Source: a virus | Lineage: Duplodnaviria > Caudoviricetes | Strand: one strand, 5' to 3' | DNA: 64,000 nt | IMG/VR virus record: IMGVR_UViG_3300031992_000090 | Coordinates: 1,401 to 65,400 of that record | In this document: one piece after another, positions 28,080 to 38,138 of the stretch | Layout of the letters: every line of letters starts with the position of its first letter | How positions within the stretch are numbered: position 1 is the stretch's first letter | The notes under the pieces: model-generated | Databases searched by the model: none | What the model was told of the DNA's origin: nothing | What the model saw: only the letters and a program-made list of their open reading frames with translations | Translations under genes and position numbers: made by a program

Positions 28080-29147
28080 CTACTTGGTAGTAGCGGCAGC
28101 CAGAATACTCATCAGAGCATCATCAGCCTGGATTTCCTGGGCTGCGGCTTCCGCTGCACTTAAAGCATTGGCAGGTGTCTGCTGTGCAGCAGGCTGTGGT
28201 GCTGCCTGTGTTGGCTGCGGAGCAGGCTGAACAGGTGCAGGAGCTGGCTGCGGAGCAGGCTGTGGAGCAACTGGAGGTACAGGAGCCTGTGGAGCAGATG
28301 CAGCCGGAGCAGACTGTGGCTGTGCATAGACAGGCTGTGCCTGATTATAGGCAGGCTGTGCCTGATTATAAGCAGGCTGCGGCTGCGGCTGTGCATAGGC
28401 AGGCTGTGTCTGCTGCTCAGTGCCGTCAATCAGAGAAACCTTTACTAAGTCTTTAACCTGCTGTGACTGGGCTAACTGTAATACCTGACCTAGTATTGGC
28501 TGTGGGAGAATTGCAGGCGCACGATCATTGCGGGCTGGGATAAAGCGTACACATGGAACGCTTGCACGGGTGTCGAAGATGACACGGGTGAAGATGAGGC
28601 AAGGTGGAATACCCTGCGCAGAGCACCAGCGGCGGAACCCTGTGTAAGAGTAAGCAACCATGTTATTGCTCAGAGTTAAGTCCTGTCCATATAAAGACAT
28701 AGAACCTACATCAAACACGACTGGTGTCAAGTCCAGCTGCTGTGTCTGTGGATTGATAATTGCAATCACAGTACGGTGCTGTCTTACATAGTCATAATGT
28801 CCGTCAGCGTTCTTCTGCAGAACAGTGCGCGGCACAATAGCAGGTGCGTCCTGTCCGTACAGCCAGACAGCATCAGGCTTTACGTCCTCCTTGGTCGGAT
28901 CGTATTTATTGCGGAACCAGGTGCAGTGGTCAGTTGCGGCGTCTGCCAAAATCACACAGTTCAGGTAGTCCGCAGACAGCAGTTCAGATGCTCCGCCTGA
29001 CCTCAGAGAGAACCTGTTGCCTTTCAGAGAGATACGTGAAAAGCTCTCTCCAAAAGAATCGCCGAAGTTCCCTGCAAGCTCTGCAACCTGAGCGGCAAGC
29101 TCAGCAGGTACACCGTAGTTCTGTAAGGTAGTTAAATCATATGCCAT
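28080..29147 (-). CDS. Putative ssDNA-binding/recombination protein with Pro/Gln-rich tail
   Basis: Beta-rich core (RISLKGNRFSLR...) in the replication module, with a long disordered C-terminus. Confidence 0.5.
   Translation of the reverse strand: MAYDLTTLQNYGVPAELAAQVAELAGNFGDSFGESFSRISLKGNRFSLRSGGASELLSADYLNCVILADAATDHCTWFRNKYDPTKEDVKPDAVWLYGQDAPAIVPRTVLQKNADGHYDYVRQHRTVIAIINPQTQQLDLTPVVFDVGSMSLYGQDLTLSNNMVAYSYTGFRRWCSAQGIPPCLIFTRVIFDTRASVPCVRFIPARNDRAPAILPQPILGQVLQLAQSQQVKDLVKVSLIDGTEQQTQPAYAQPQPQPAYNQAQPAYNQAQPVYAQPQSAPAASAPQAPVPPVAPQPAPQPAPAPVQPAPQPTQAAPQPAAQQTPANALSAAEAAAQEIQADDALMSILAAATTK
28315..28410 (-). repeat. 21-bp tandem coding repeats (QPAYNQA)
   Basis: CAGGCTGTGCCTGATTATA(G/A)G repeated, with degenerate flanking copies. 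Confidence 0.8.
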
Positions 29148-29168
29148 TTTTATTTCCTCTTTGTTAAA

Positions 29169-29576
29169 TTAAACTGCGAAACCAAGACAACCAATCGGCT
29201 GACCTTTATCATTACGTACCATATGAGTAGGTACCAGTAAGTCTAAAGAACGATACGGGAGAAGAGCGTTCTTTACTATACTGCTTACAATGTAATAGAC
29301 ACCGGTCTCTAAAGGTGTGTCAAAGACCGTTACAGTACCGTCTTTAGATACGACCTCAACCGTACCGAAGGTGACTGAGTACAGATTTACTCCATCCACA
29401 TTGCCTGCGTCACTTTCAGTCTGTGTGCAGCGCATTATTGCGCCAGATGTCGGATAGGTCTTAGCAATCACAGGCTCGCCGTTTAGCTTGTAACTGCGGC
29501 TTGCCTTATCGAAGACAATATTAGATCCGTCCAGAACCACTATGTCATGTGGTGTCATATTAATTATCTTAGTCAT
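29169..29576 (-). CDS. Small N-x-T-P-H family protein (candidate Crn4-like ring nuclease)
   Basis: IINMTPHDI ... YYIVS ... DLLVPT..VRNDKGQPIGCLGF; family assignment is from recall and unverified. Confidence 0.45.
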   Translation of the reverse strand: MTKIINMTPHDIVVLDGSNIVFDKASRSYKLNGEPVIAKTYPTSGAIMRCTQTESDAGNVDGVNLYSVTFGTVEVVSKDGTVTVFDTPLETGVYYIVSSIVKNALLPYRSLDLLVPTHMVRNDKGQPIGCLGFAV

Positions 29577-29587
29577 AAGAATACCCT

Positions 29588-30040
29588 TTATTTTTTACGA
29601 ATGGAAACGTCCACGATGTCAACCAGTCTAAGACCTAACTTAGCGGCCTCATCAATAGCAGCCTGTGAGTTCACGTCTATCTCTTCATCGTCCTTGAGAC
29701 CAAGGCGGGAATGGATTAGATCAAGGACTGTGTTCTTAGCCACCGTCCTCTGGAGCAGAAGTCCGTCCTGGAGTGGACGACCCTCGGCACGGGCTTGAGT
29801 CATCAGCTCGTACATGCTGTCCTGCAGGGCGGCATGGTTGGCAATCTCTGCTCTAATGGTGTGTTTCTTGAAGACAGTGAACCCGCCCTCGGATAATGAC
29901 TCAAGCCCATGGGCATTCAGGTCAGCCAGCATCTGACCTTTAAGCTCATCTTCCTTTTCTTTGAGAATTTGCGCCTGTTTTTCTAAAGATGCTCTTGCAT
30001 CTCTTATCTTTTTGTATAAAATGATTGTATCTTTCAGCAT
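29588..30040 (-). CDS. Coiled-coil replication-module protein
   Basis: 150 aa, N-terminal coiled coil, GGAGTAGAGAAC RBS. Confidence 0.6.
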   Translation of the reverse strand: MLKDTIILYKKIRDARASLEKQAQILKEKEDELKGQMLADLNAHGLESLSEGGFTVFKKHTIRAEIANHAALQDSMYELMTQARAEGRPLQDGLLLQRTVAKNTVLDLIHSRLGLKDDEEIDVNSQAAIDEAAKLGLRLVDIVDVSIRKK

Positions 30041-30072
30041 GTTCTCTACTCCAATAAACTTTATATACTATT

Positions 30073-30102
30073 ATTATAAGCCACAACATAGCATAATTGC
30101 AA
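30073..30102 (-). promoter_or_regulatory. Sigma70-type promoter
   Basis: TTGCAA-18 bp-TATAAT on the minus strand in the intergenic gap. Confidence 0.65.
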
Positions 30103-30114
30103 CATAAATTATAA

Positions 30115-31884
30115 TTATGTCGCCTTGCTCACAGAATTAAATAAATCTGCCACCACCGCAGCCTGAGTCTGGCCATCAGCCAGAGCCTGGAACACCCGCC
30201 GCTCCTCAGGACAGGAATAAACCTGAGCGATAGTAATCTGTTTGGCTTTCTGTTTTACGGAACTCAGTCTCTCAATTGCCTGCCCAAACACAAAGTCGCC
30301 GCTTAATGGTGCACCGTTGAATATCATCATATCCGCAGCTGACAGCTCGACCCCAAACGCAGTCGTTCTGGGATGGGCAATGAGTACATCGACCTCGCCT
30401 TCCCCTTTGCGCTCATACTGAAACGCACGGAAAATCTCTGTACGGTTACGCTCAGAGGTAGAGCCGTCTACCACAGCGCACTTGATACCCATTGCCATGA
30501 GGCCACTATATAACTGCTGAATAGCACCCGTAAAAGCGCAGAAGATAACCGTCTTACCAGTCGCCTCATCAATTAAGTTCTTTATCTCCGCAAGTCTTGA
30601 GGTAATGTCCAGAGCTACGGTCTGACCAGAGTCGGAGTACACCGCCCCGCAGGCGCACTGCAGGAGCTTGCTTACCAGTACCGATTTCTGCTGTGCAGTC
30701 ACCGTCTCGCCGTTGTCCGCTGCGGCGGTCATATCATCGCGCAGTCTGTCCATAAGTTTGCGCTGCTGTGCGGTACTCTCTACCTCACGGGCAACCCACA
30801 CCACAGGAGGCAGATCGAAAAGGTCATCTTTCTTAAACAGAATAGCAGGACTCAGTGCCTCACGTATCAGCTCAGGTGCGCACTCACGGTTGCGCCACTG
30901 CCAGTCCTGCTGTCCCCACTTGTACATGGTCAGATCACGCCAGGCATACAGCGACTTGCACTTGACCGCCATCGGATTGATGAGCTTGCTCATTGCGAAC
31001 GCCTTTAAAGGATCCGACCCAGGAGTACCAGTCAAGCCCCACACATAGCGCGGCTTAACGTCCTGGATAAAGGCTTTAATGGCTTTACTGCGCTGGCTCT
31101 GCGTGTTCGCATAGTGCGTACACTCATCTATCACCACTGCATCAGGATGGAACTCCCGCCACTCATCAGGGTGCAGCTTGACGCTCTCATAGTTTGCACA
31201 TAGGATATCAGCGTGACCCTTGAAAGCCCGCAAACGTTGAGCTTTAGTGCCTATCACCGCATCAACCACATGGCGCGGCATGGTCTGATGGATCGCATCC
31301 ACCCAGACAGGATGCACACAGGACAATGGAGACAGCACCATCACCCGGCTGATAGCCTGTGTCCTGAACAGATACTCAAGAGCCAGCATGGTACTGCCTG
31401 TCTTGCCTGTACGCATAGTGGACAGGTCAAATGCACGGGCGTGGGTAGCCTTGAACCAGGCGGCGCTAAGCTGATGTGCCATCGGTGGATACCTGCCCTC
31501 AATCTTTACATCTAACAGCATGTTCCGGAAGTTATCGGGAACAGCTGTAACAGGCTTAGGCTTCGGTCTGATATCTGCAATGGAGGTTATCTCGCGCGGA
31601 GTGCCTGTCACCTCAATAATAAGCGCCGCCAGCTTGGCGCTGCTGATTAACGTGAACTGCTCCCTGTGATTGAACAGACCAAAACCTAAGGTCTGCTCAG
31701 GTCGCATCAGAATGAGCCGCCCATTATCTACATGCTTAGGCAGTACGCACGTACTGGGAACACTGATTGCGAACTCTCCGCGCGGGAGCTTTAGTTTGTA
31801 CTCACAGAAGTCCAGGGCTTCGGCAAGCACAAACTCTGCCTCCAGATACAGGAGGTAACGATTCTTGTATGTAAATATCTGCAT
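30115..31884 (-). CDS. SNF2-like SF2 helicase
   Basis: MRTGKT Walker A, IDECTH, GLTGTPG, helicase C-terminal motifs. Confidence 0.9.
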   Translation of the reverse strand: MQIFTYKNRYLLYLEAEFVLAEALDFCEYKLKLPRGEFAISVPSTCVLPKHVDNGRLILMRPEQTLGFGLFNHREQFTLISSAKLAALIIEVTGTPREITSIADIRPKPKPVTAVPDNFRNMLLDVKIEGRYPPMAHQLSAAWFKATHARAFDLSTMRTGKTGSTMLALEYLFRTQAISRVMVLSPLSCVHPVWVDAIHQTMPRHVVDAVIGTKAQRLRAFKGHADILCANYESVKLHPDEWREFHPDAVVIDECTHYANTQSQRSKAIKAFIQDVKPRYVWGLTGTPGSDPLKAFAMSKLINPMAVKCKSLYAWRDLTMYKWGQQDWQWRNRECAPELIREALSPAILFKKDDLFDLPPVVWVAREVESTAQQRKLMDRLRDDMTAAADNGETVTAQQKSVLVSKLLQCACGAVYSDSGQTVALDITSRLAEIKNLIDEATGKTVIFCAFTGAIQQLYSGLMAMGIKCAVVDGSTSERNRTEIFRAFQYERKGEGEVDVLIAHPRTTAFGVELSAADMMIFNGAPLSGDFVFGQAIERLSSVKQKAKQITIAQVYSCPEERRVFQALADGQTQAAVVADLFNSVSKAT

Positions 31885-32279
31885 CAGTAAAGATTCTCCA
31901 GTAAGCGCTGCCGATATGCCACATGTTTATTCTTCTTCCCTTTGCCCAAATACCATATGCCATAATGCATACTGGCAGACTCCACCTTAAACAGGTCGTA
32001 GCGGGTACGCCAGTTGTCATGGTAATACAGCCACAGGAGCCACTTGTAATGGCGGATCTGCTCACGCTGCTGCATAATCTCTTTCCAGTAATTAGGCAGC
32101 ACGTTCCTGATAATCGGTGTACCTGGGTGCTGTCGGCAGCTGTCAAGCAGTATCCGATAGCTGCGGTACAGTTCATCATGCAGCTTAATCGCACGGTCAA
32201 GTCCTGCGTGGGCCTGCAGATACTGTTTGAATGTATAACGGTACCGATAAGGGTGCCGAAATTTAGAATAACGGGACAT
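31884..32279 (-). CDS. Hypothetical basic protein
   Basis: 131 aa, GGAGTAGAGAA RBS, coupled to the helicase. Confidence 0.6.
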   Translation of the reverse strand: MSRYSKFRHPYRYRYTFKQYLQAHAGLDRAIKLHDELYRSYRILLDSCRQHPGTPIIRNVLPNYWKEIMQQREQIRHYKWLLWLYYHDNWRTRYDLFKVESASMHYGIWYLGKGKKNKHVAYRQRLLENLY

Positions 32280-32301
32280 TTCTCTACTCCTTACAGCTGA
32301 T

Positions 32302-32601
32302 TTAAGAACGCTGCTTCTGTAGCTGTGCTTTGAAAAAGTTGATTAGAAAACGGATACCTACAGAGATGCCGCCGTCAGGCTGCATACGCTTGCCAAGTTC
32401 GGTTAATAACAGGTGCTCTTCTGGCGTAATGTACACAGTATAATTCTTACCGCGGGTCGGATGCCTGCGGCGTGCGTCAGGGCGCTTCTTTGGTGTCGGT
32501 GTCGGTGTCGGTGTCGGTGTTGGCTGTGTAGCTTGGACAGGAGCCTGCGGCTGTGCATTGAGCGCATCAGCAAAATCAGCAAATGGTGGTAGTAAGGCCA
32601 T
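32302..32601 (-). CDS. Ribbon-helix-helix-like regulator with PT repeat
   Basis: NYTVYITPEEHLLLTELG...SVGIRFLI pattern; TPTPTP encoded by (ACACCG)n at about 32493-32520. Confidence 0.55.
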   Translation of the reverse strand: MALLPPFADFADALNAQPQAPVQATQPTPTPTPTPTPKKRPDARRRHPTRGKNYTVYITPEEHLLLTELGKRMQPDGGISVGIRFLINFFKAQLQKQRS

Positions 32602-32681
32602 AATTTATCCCTCGTGTTATGGTTTGATATACTCGCAACCTAGATTATATCAGCTTTCCTATAATATAGGTTGCGATTTAG

Positions 32682-34292
32682 TTAGCAAACTTCTAAGTTT
32701 TTGACCGCAAACATTTTCTTAAGCTGATTAACAGCTACAGTGTTCAGTTCATCAGCCTGCCTGACAACTACCACATTCTTATTTACAATTGTGCAGTTGT
32801 CCTCGTTCTCCTCAGTCTCATCCTTTGCGCTTACAAGATTAAACAGATCGTGCAGGAAATTGGTTTTAATACACAGTCCGTAACACTCAATCCCTAAGTC
32901 CTTAGCCTGTCTAAGTGCGGCCTTAGCCTGCGTTATGCTGTCTGGCACACCGTCCGTAATAATCAGAATGATGTTCCTGTTCTTAGGACTTATACGCATA
33001 TGGCGCATAGCCGCCCACAGTGCCTGCGCAAGCGGCGTACTCCCTCTCGGTGACTGTGCAAATATCTTTCCTGTGCCTGCGGTCAGACGGTCACAAATGC
33101 TCACGGCCTCGTCCACTTCCGTCTGCATACCAGGAAAATAGTAACAGTCGCGGGTCACATTGCTTATGCCTGACAGCGCACGCACCATCATATAAGCGCA
33201 CTTGTTTGCCAGTGTTAAGCGGGACTCCTCTCCTCCGTCTAAAGCCTGCATAGATCCTGAGGCATCAACTAAGATGCTAACGTGGGTATCGTGGTCAAGA
33301 TCTAAATGTTTAGCTTTAAATATCCTGTCCTCACCACATGGAATTTTCACAGCTTTCTTTATGTTAAGGCGCTGCCCACTGGTACCTGCGTCCTGCATAG
33401 TAGTCACATAGGTCTGAATGTATCTATGTAACATACGGCTAAGGTTGTTTATTGCCGGAGTCTCTACTGACTCCGCACCTGGTACACAGCGTTTAATGTC
33501 CATGATGCCTAAGTCTTCACGCGACCCCTGTTCAGGCGCAGGTTTCATAAGTTCCTTACAGATAGAACCAACGTCAAACGGTGCAATGTCGCCGACTGAG
33601 CGCGTATCTAGCTCGGCATCCGTGGTGCTCCCGTCTGTATCTATGGCGGCGCAATCAGAATCCTCTTTTGCAGAGCCGTACTCATTCCAGTTTTCAACCA
33701 AATCTACCAGACGATTTGCAATTCCGATCACGTCCACGGTGCTGTTAACTGTCGGCATCTCCTGCAGGATTCGGCAGATATCTGCAGTAAGTTCACGTCC
33801 CAGAAGACTCCGTGCATGACGCAGGACTGCGGCAGCTATTCCGCGTGCGTGCTCATACTTCTGCATAAGCGTGATAGAGTAGTCCATCACCACGCAGAGG
33901 AAAAGAGTTTTCTTCTTTCTTAGCAGTGACAGATCATGGATATGTTCTGTCAGATGAAACCGATTAAGCCTGCAAAGATTTTCGTAGACTCCCACATACT
34001 CACGGCCGATTAGCTTCTCTATGCGTGTATCTTCCAGGATATTGATTAAGTCCTTTTTGAGACTCCCGCCCTGCGGCATCACACCAAAATCTGTGTACTT
34101 GATGTGCGCCGCCTCGTGAGCAAGATATGCATAGGCCGCACTGACTGAGACAGCATCCGTAAAATCTATGCGCGGTATGTTAATTATCTGCCCATTAGTA
34201 AAGGCTTCCCTGCCCTGAATACGCAGAGTAATTCCGAACTGCTTTGCATAATTTGATGCCGTCATCAGGAATGAACTGGTACTAATCTTCAT
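32682..34292 (-). CDS. CobT-like vWA protein with N-terminal HExxH domain
   Basis: HEAAH; MIDAS DASGS; TPLA; IITDG. Confidence 0.85.
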   Translation of the reverse strand: MKISTSSFLMTASNYAKQFGITLRIQGREAFTNGQIINIPRIDFTDAVSVSAAYAYLAHEAAHIKYTDFGVMPQGGSLKKDLINILEDTRIEKLIGREYVGVYENLCRLNRFHLTEHIHDLSLLRKKKTLFLCVVMDYSITLMQKYEHARGIAAAVLRHARSLLGRELTADICRILQEMPTVNSTVDVIGIANRLVDLVENWNEYGSAKEDSDCAAIDTDGSTTDAELDTRSVGDIAPFDVGSICKELMKPAPEQGSREDLGIMDIKRCVPGAESVETPAINNLSRMLHRYIQTYVTTMQDAGTSGQRLNIKKAVKIPCGEDRIFKAKHLDLDHDTHVSILVDASGSMQALDGGEESRLTLANKCAYMMVRALSGISNVTRDCYYFPGMQTEVDEAVSICDRLTAGTGKIFAQSPRGSTPLAQALWAAMRHMRISPKNRNIILIITDGVPDSITQAKAALRQAKDLGIECYGLCIKTNFLHDLFNLVSAKDETEENEDNCTIVNKNVVVVRQADELNTVAVNQLKKMFAVKNLEVC

Positions 34293-34303
34293 AAGTCCTC
34301 CCT

Positions 34304-35635
34304 CTATAATTCTGCATACGCAATCGCTTTGGACTGCTGCCTGGTCACCGCCTCGCCGAACACGTCCACCACAAGACGCTGCAGGAAGGCGTACTCGTCC
34401 TTATTGAGTCGGTTACCCAGGCTCACATTGAAAGCGGTCAGCGGATCAATATGCAGATCCAATAGACCGCACACTTTCAGAATGGTACGTGTAGTGACTG
34501 GAACGCTGAACCCTGTCCCGTCCTCATTGCCTGCCAGCATCTTGCGTAAGTCAGCGACTACCTTTAGAACGTTTTGAATCACGGTAGCGTCCAAGCTGTA
34601 GCGACGGTTAATCAGTGTCTGCATTTCAGCGTCCGTTGGATAGTCCACTTTCACAAATCTGAATCTATCCAGAAAAGCGGCGTTCATCTGTCGGGTACCG
34701 GAATATAATCCCGTTTCATCACCCGCGCCGAACGTATTAGCAGTCGCAATGACGCGGAACAGCGGATGCGGTTTAATAATCTCGCCGTTGTTCTGCACCA
34801 CGGTCAGAGGTTTGCCCTCTAACACATCGTTAAGAGTGCTCAGATCCTGCGGTGACATTGTATCTATCTCATTTAGTAGAAGTATCTCCCCGTATTTCAT
34901 GGCATGAGCAAGCGCACCATACTCAAACTTAAGAGAGCCATTGACCAAGGTTGTTCTGCCTATCAGATCATAGGACTCTGTCTTATTTGAACAAGTGATT
35001 TGCTGTACACCCCATCTTAATCGGGCGGCGACCTGGAGCACGGCTGTCGTTTTGCCCGTGCCTGCGTCGCCTGCTAACCATAAGCAGTCGCGGTTAGGAT
35101 AAAACAGATACAGGAGGATCTGATTTGTAACATCGGTCTGAAACAGATAGTCAGTATCTGTATCTGGTATGCTGTCATATGACGGCAGATTGATTGATGC
35201 TGTCTCTATCAATGGCTTGAAAGAAAATAAATCTTTAAGGGCCAGCACGGAATTAACGGCAGCCGTTTGCGGCTCAGGAGGCACGGCATCGGTTAGCGGA
35301 GGTACAATGGCTGCAGATGTTTCAGTTTGCGCCTGGGTCTGCTTAGGTTTACGGGCGCGTTTTGGTTTGGTTGGAACGGCGGCAGAACTGACAGGGCTCA
35401 GAAGTTCATTAGATTTATTTATTGACTCATTTGCTTTTTGTATCAGCGCATCGGCGGCATCGGTTGGAACTGCAGGAACAAACGGAACAGACGGGACAGG
35501 ACTATCGAACAGGCGGTTAATATCTGCCATAATTGAGTGATTGTCCACAACTACAGCAGGTTTGTTTGCGGTGTTAGAAGTGTCGGCTGTGGTGTTGAAA
35601 GTGTCGGTCACAGTGTCGTTTAAAAACTTTATCAT
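34304..35635 (-). CDS. CobS/MoxR-like AAA+ ATPase
   Basis: GDAGTGKT; LLNEID; FRVIATANT; NAAFLDRF. Confidence 0.88.
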   Translation of the reverse strand: MIKFLNDTVTDTFNTTADTSNTANKPAVVVDNHSIMADINRLFDSPVPSVPFVPAVPTDAADALIQKANESINKSNELLSPVSSAAVPTKPKRARKPKQTQAQTETSAAIVPPLTDAVPPEPQTAAVNSVLALKDLFSFKPLIETASINLPSYDSIPDTDTDYLFQTDVTNQILLYLFYPNRDCLWLAGDAGTGKTTAVLQVAARLRWGVQQITCSNKTESYDLIGRTTLVNGSLKFEYGALAHAMKYGEILLLNEIDTMSPQDLSTLNDVLEGKPLTVVQNNGEIIKPHPLFRVIATANTFGAGDETGLYSGTRQMNAAFLDRFRFVKVDYPTDAEMQTLINRRYSLDATVIQNVLKVVADLRKMLAGNEDGTGFSVPVTTRTILKVCGLLDLHIDPLTAFNVSLGNRLNKDEYAFLQRLVVDVFGEAVTRQQSKAIAYAEL

Positions 35636-35659
35636 TTTCTCTCTACTCCAAATAAAATG

Positions 35660-36058
35660 TTAATCTTCGTCTGCTTCGGTGTCGGATTCTTCTTCTAACT
35701 CAGCAAAGAAGTCCTTAATGTCATCTGGTAACATGTCCGGCTCTCGGTCGTAAACTGACAGGACATTGTCTCTATCTATATAAATGTCTCTACGACCGCG
35801 TATGCTTACAATATTTGCGTAACCATTGAATCGCCAGTAAGCATAACTAGCTGAAAAATCACCGTAAGATATGCGGCACGCAATATCAAACGGATTCATG
35901 CCATAAAGTACCTCGTCCATCTCATCGGTACTGTAGATACGATTGTCACCATAATTGCAGACATCGCATATAGCATTATTCAATTGGACTAAATCATCAA
36001 GACTTAAGCTGTCCATAACTTCCTGCAGTTGCTCTAAGTTTTTGTCAGTCAGTTCCAT
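35660..36058 (-). CDS. Acidic early protein
   Basis: GGAGATAGAGAAA before ATG 36058; very D/E-rich; FNGYAN motif. Confidence 0.65.
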   Translation of the reverse strand: MELTDKNLEQLQEVMDSLSLDDLVQLNNAICDVCNYGDNRIYSTDEMDEVLYGMNPFDIACRISYGDFSASYAYWRFNGYANIVSIRGRRDIYIDRDNVLSVYDREPDMLPDDIKDFFAELEEESDTEADED

Positions 36059-36082
36059 TTTCTCTATCTCCAAAATCTATTA

Positions 36083-36622
36083 TTACTTCATATATACAGC
36101 GGCGATAATAACAAGCTTGTTGTCTTTCTGGTAAACGCGCTGCATTTCTGATTTATCTGACGGTGACACCAAGGATTTGTATTTATATGTGCCGAATCTT
36201 TTTTCCTCCAGAAAATCTATTGCGGCTTTCGTATATACCACATTGAAATGGCCGTGAATAATAGGTGTCTCAAATGGATCCACAAGGTCAGAAGGCGTGC
36301 CAAAACAGGCGCTTACATTAGGACAACGTCCGAATTTAAACGGAACCTCGGTACCGTCACAAAGCAAGCGCCCATCTTGGAATGTGAGGTCGTGATCGAT
36401 GGTTGGATTCAGACTGACAGCGTGCCATACGCCCTGGTCACGGGCGGTCACATCGCGGCCCGCAAGGTTAAGGCCCATAATGATATGGCCGTTAGATGTT
36501 AGAAGTGTACCTGTATCAGAGATTAAGAAGTCAGATAGCCACTCTCTGACAGAGGACTTTTCACGCATTGCATACATACATTTTAAAGTTGTCTTAGAAA
36601 TTCTCATTTTATTTTCCCTCAT
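36083..36622 (-). CDS. Hypothetical early protein
   Basis: 179 aa; LLTSNGHI resembles clamp-like fragments (weak). Confidence 0.55.
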   Translation of the reverse strand: MRENKMRISKTTLKCMYAMREKSSVREWLSDFLISDTGTLLTSNGHIIMGLNLAGRDVTARDQGVWHAVSLNPTIDHDLTFQDGRLLCDGTEVPFKFGRCPNVSACFGTPSDLVDPFETPIIHGHFNVVYTKAAIDFLEEKRFGTYKYKSLVSPSDKSEMQRVYQKDNKLVIIAAVYMK

Positions 36623-36630
36623 TGAATCGG

Positions 36631-36951
36631 TTAATGGTTAGCTAATTGAACAGTTAACAGGCTTGTAAGCTTGGTCATGCTGTCAAGGGCGTTTAATCCT
36701 TTAGTCGTATACCCTATATATGACATTAGGATTTTGTCTATGTCGTCTGGCGTGAACGCACTCGTGATAGCTGCAGGGGCTATCTCAAAGATAGAATCAA
36801 GTTTGAACTGGGATTCACTGACTTGCGTTATCACTGCATTGTGATCTTCTGTCGTAGCAAGCAAGTCCAGAAGATACAGTTTGTCTGTGAAAGACAAGGC
36901 CTGCAGGAAATTGACTAAAGTCGTTTGCTTTTTGGTTACGAACTGTGCCAT
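36631..36951 (-). CDS. Hypothetical early protein
   Basis: GGAGG RBS. Confidence 0.6.
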   Translation of the reverse strand: MAQFVTKKQTTLVNFLQALSFTDKLYLLDLLATTEDHNAVITQVSESQFKLDSIFEIAPAAITSAFTPDDIDKILMSYIGYTTKGLNALDSMTKLTSLLTVQLANH

Positions 36952-36965
36952 GGTTAAGCCTCCGT

Positions 36966-37169
36966 TTATTTCTGTTTCAGGTCTGTAAGACGTTGGATTA
37001 TTGTCTGTGCACGGGCAAGAGACGCCTCAAGATCTAACTCAAGATGATCCATTTCTTCCTGCACATCGTAGGCGCCGTAAGGTGCGCACGGTCTTAGATC
37101 GTGCAATGCTACAAGCGCATTGCGTAAAGACTGTGTAAGATTCCAAGCATGATGATTGAAGTTTGTCAT
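36966..37169 (-). CDS. Hypothetical early protein
   Basis: GGAGG RBS, overlapping its neighbour. Confidence 0.55.
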   Translation of the reverse strand: MTNFNHHAWNLTQSLRNALVALHDLRPCAPYGAYDVQEEMDHLELDLEASLARAQTIIQRLTDLKQK

Positions 37170-37492
37170 ATTGAAACCTCCAAATGATGGTTAATAATGT
37201 CAGATAAGAACGCGTGATACTCATGCGTCCCGCGTATGTCATATAGGATCTGCAGCAGATCCGTATCAGGTTTTAGACGGGACAGAAGAAAATCTAAACA
37301 ATCAAACAAGCCTGTATAAGTACATTCCGACTGATTTAAATCAGCCGCTAAAGAATCAAAAGCAAGTTTGTCGTTAGTCAAGTCACGGCCATAACGCCGT
37401 AAATAATCTGTAAAGATTCTTGCATTGTCAGCGATCGTCAAGATGTACGATAACATGCAGCAGGAAAAGACTATCTTATGATACTCACGCAT
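37166..37492 (-). CDS. Hypothetical early protein
   Basis: 108 aa. Confidence 0.55.
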   Translation of the reverse strand: MREYHKIVFSCCMLSYILTIADNARIFTDYLRRYGRDLTNDKLAFDSLAADLNQSECTYTGLFDCLDFLLSRLKPDTDLLQILYDIRGTHEYHAFLSDIINHHLEVSI

Positions 37493-37610
37493 TTTAATAC
37501 CCCATAAAAGTTAATGTGAAAATCGGCAGCGCAAACAACCAAAGATACAGGACAAATAACAGCACGATAACGGCAGATAAAAATCTGAATAATTCCATTT
37601 GGATTACCCC

Positions 37611-37892
37611 CTATCTGATAAAACCTGTAACGTGGAAATTATTATGCCCAAGCTTCTCAAAAATTAGGTGATAGTCGCTAGCCCGCAGCGACTCAATAAT
37701 TTCAGTTACGTTATAGCCGTCGTAACAGGTATCTATCTTTGTGCCATTAGCTTTAATACTACGATAGCCTGTATCATTCTTGACTGCTATCAGGTACTGA
37801 AAAGTGCCGCGATTTTTGAAAGCCTGAATCGTAGCAGGTCCTAGGACATTTGTGTGTACTGTTTTTGCAGAAGATAGTTTGATTGTAGACAT
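37611..37892 (-). CDS. Hypothetical early protein
   Basis: GGAGG RBS. Confidence 0.6.
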   Translation of the reverse strand: MSTIKLSSAKTVHTNVLGPATIQAFKNRGTFQYLIAVKNDTGYRSIKANGTKIDTCYDGYNVTEIIESLRASDYHLIFEKLGHNNFHVTGFIR

Positions 37893-37905
37893 GATTTTGA
37901 CCTCC

Positions 37906-38121
37906 CTATTTAACTTGAACCCAGTGGGAATTAGTCTTCATGCATACAGGATCTACGATCCAACCGTTTGCATTGACGGCCGTGCCGATTACAAGCACGG
38001 TGTCATAAAAAGCCTGCTGTTTGGCGGCAGTGCGTTTAGCCGCTGTCAAGGTAGTAGCTTCAACGCTGTAAGCCTGCCTGTAGGATTTTACAGTCTGCAA
38101 TTCTGCGATATAGAATTTCAT
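37906..38121 (-). CDS. Hypothetical early protein
   Basis: GAGGT RBS; ..TLTAAKR.A.K.Q.F..TVL.. is a common small phage ORF pattern. Confidence 0.6.
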   Translation of the reverse strand: MKFYIAELQTVKSYRQAYSVEATTLTAAKRTAAKQQAFYDTVLVIGTAVNANGWIVDPVCMKTNSHWVQVK

Positions 38122-38138
38122 ATGATTTGTACCTCACG

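Noticed and set aside
28160-28456. Repetitive ORFs overlapping the Pro/Gln-rich gene
   Set aside because: Shadow frames of the tandem coding repeats.
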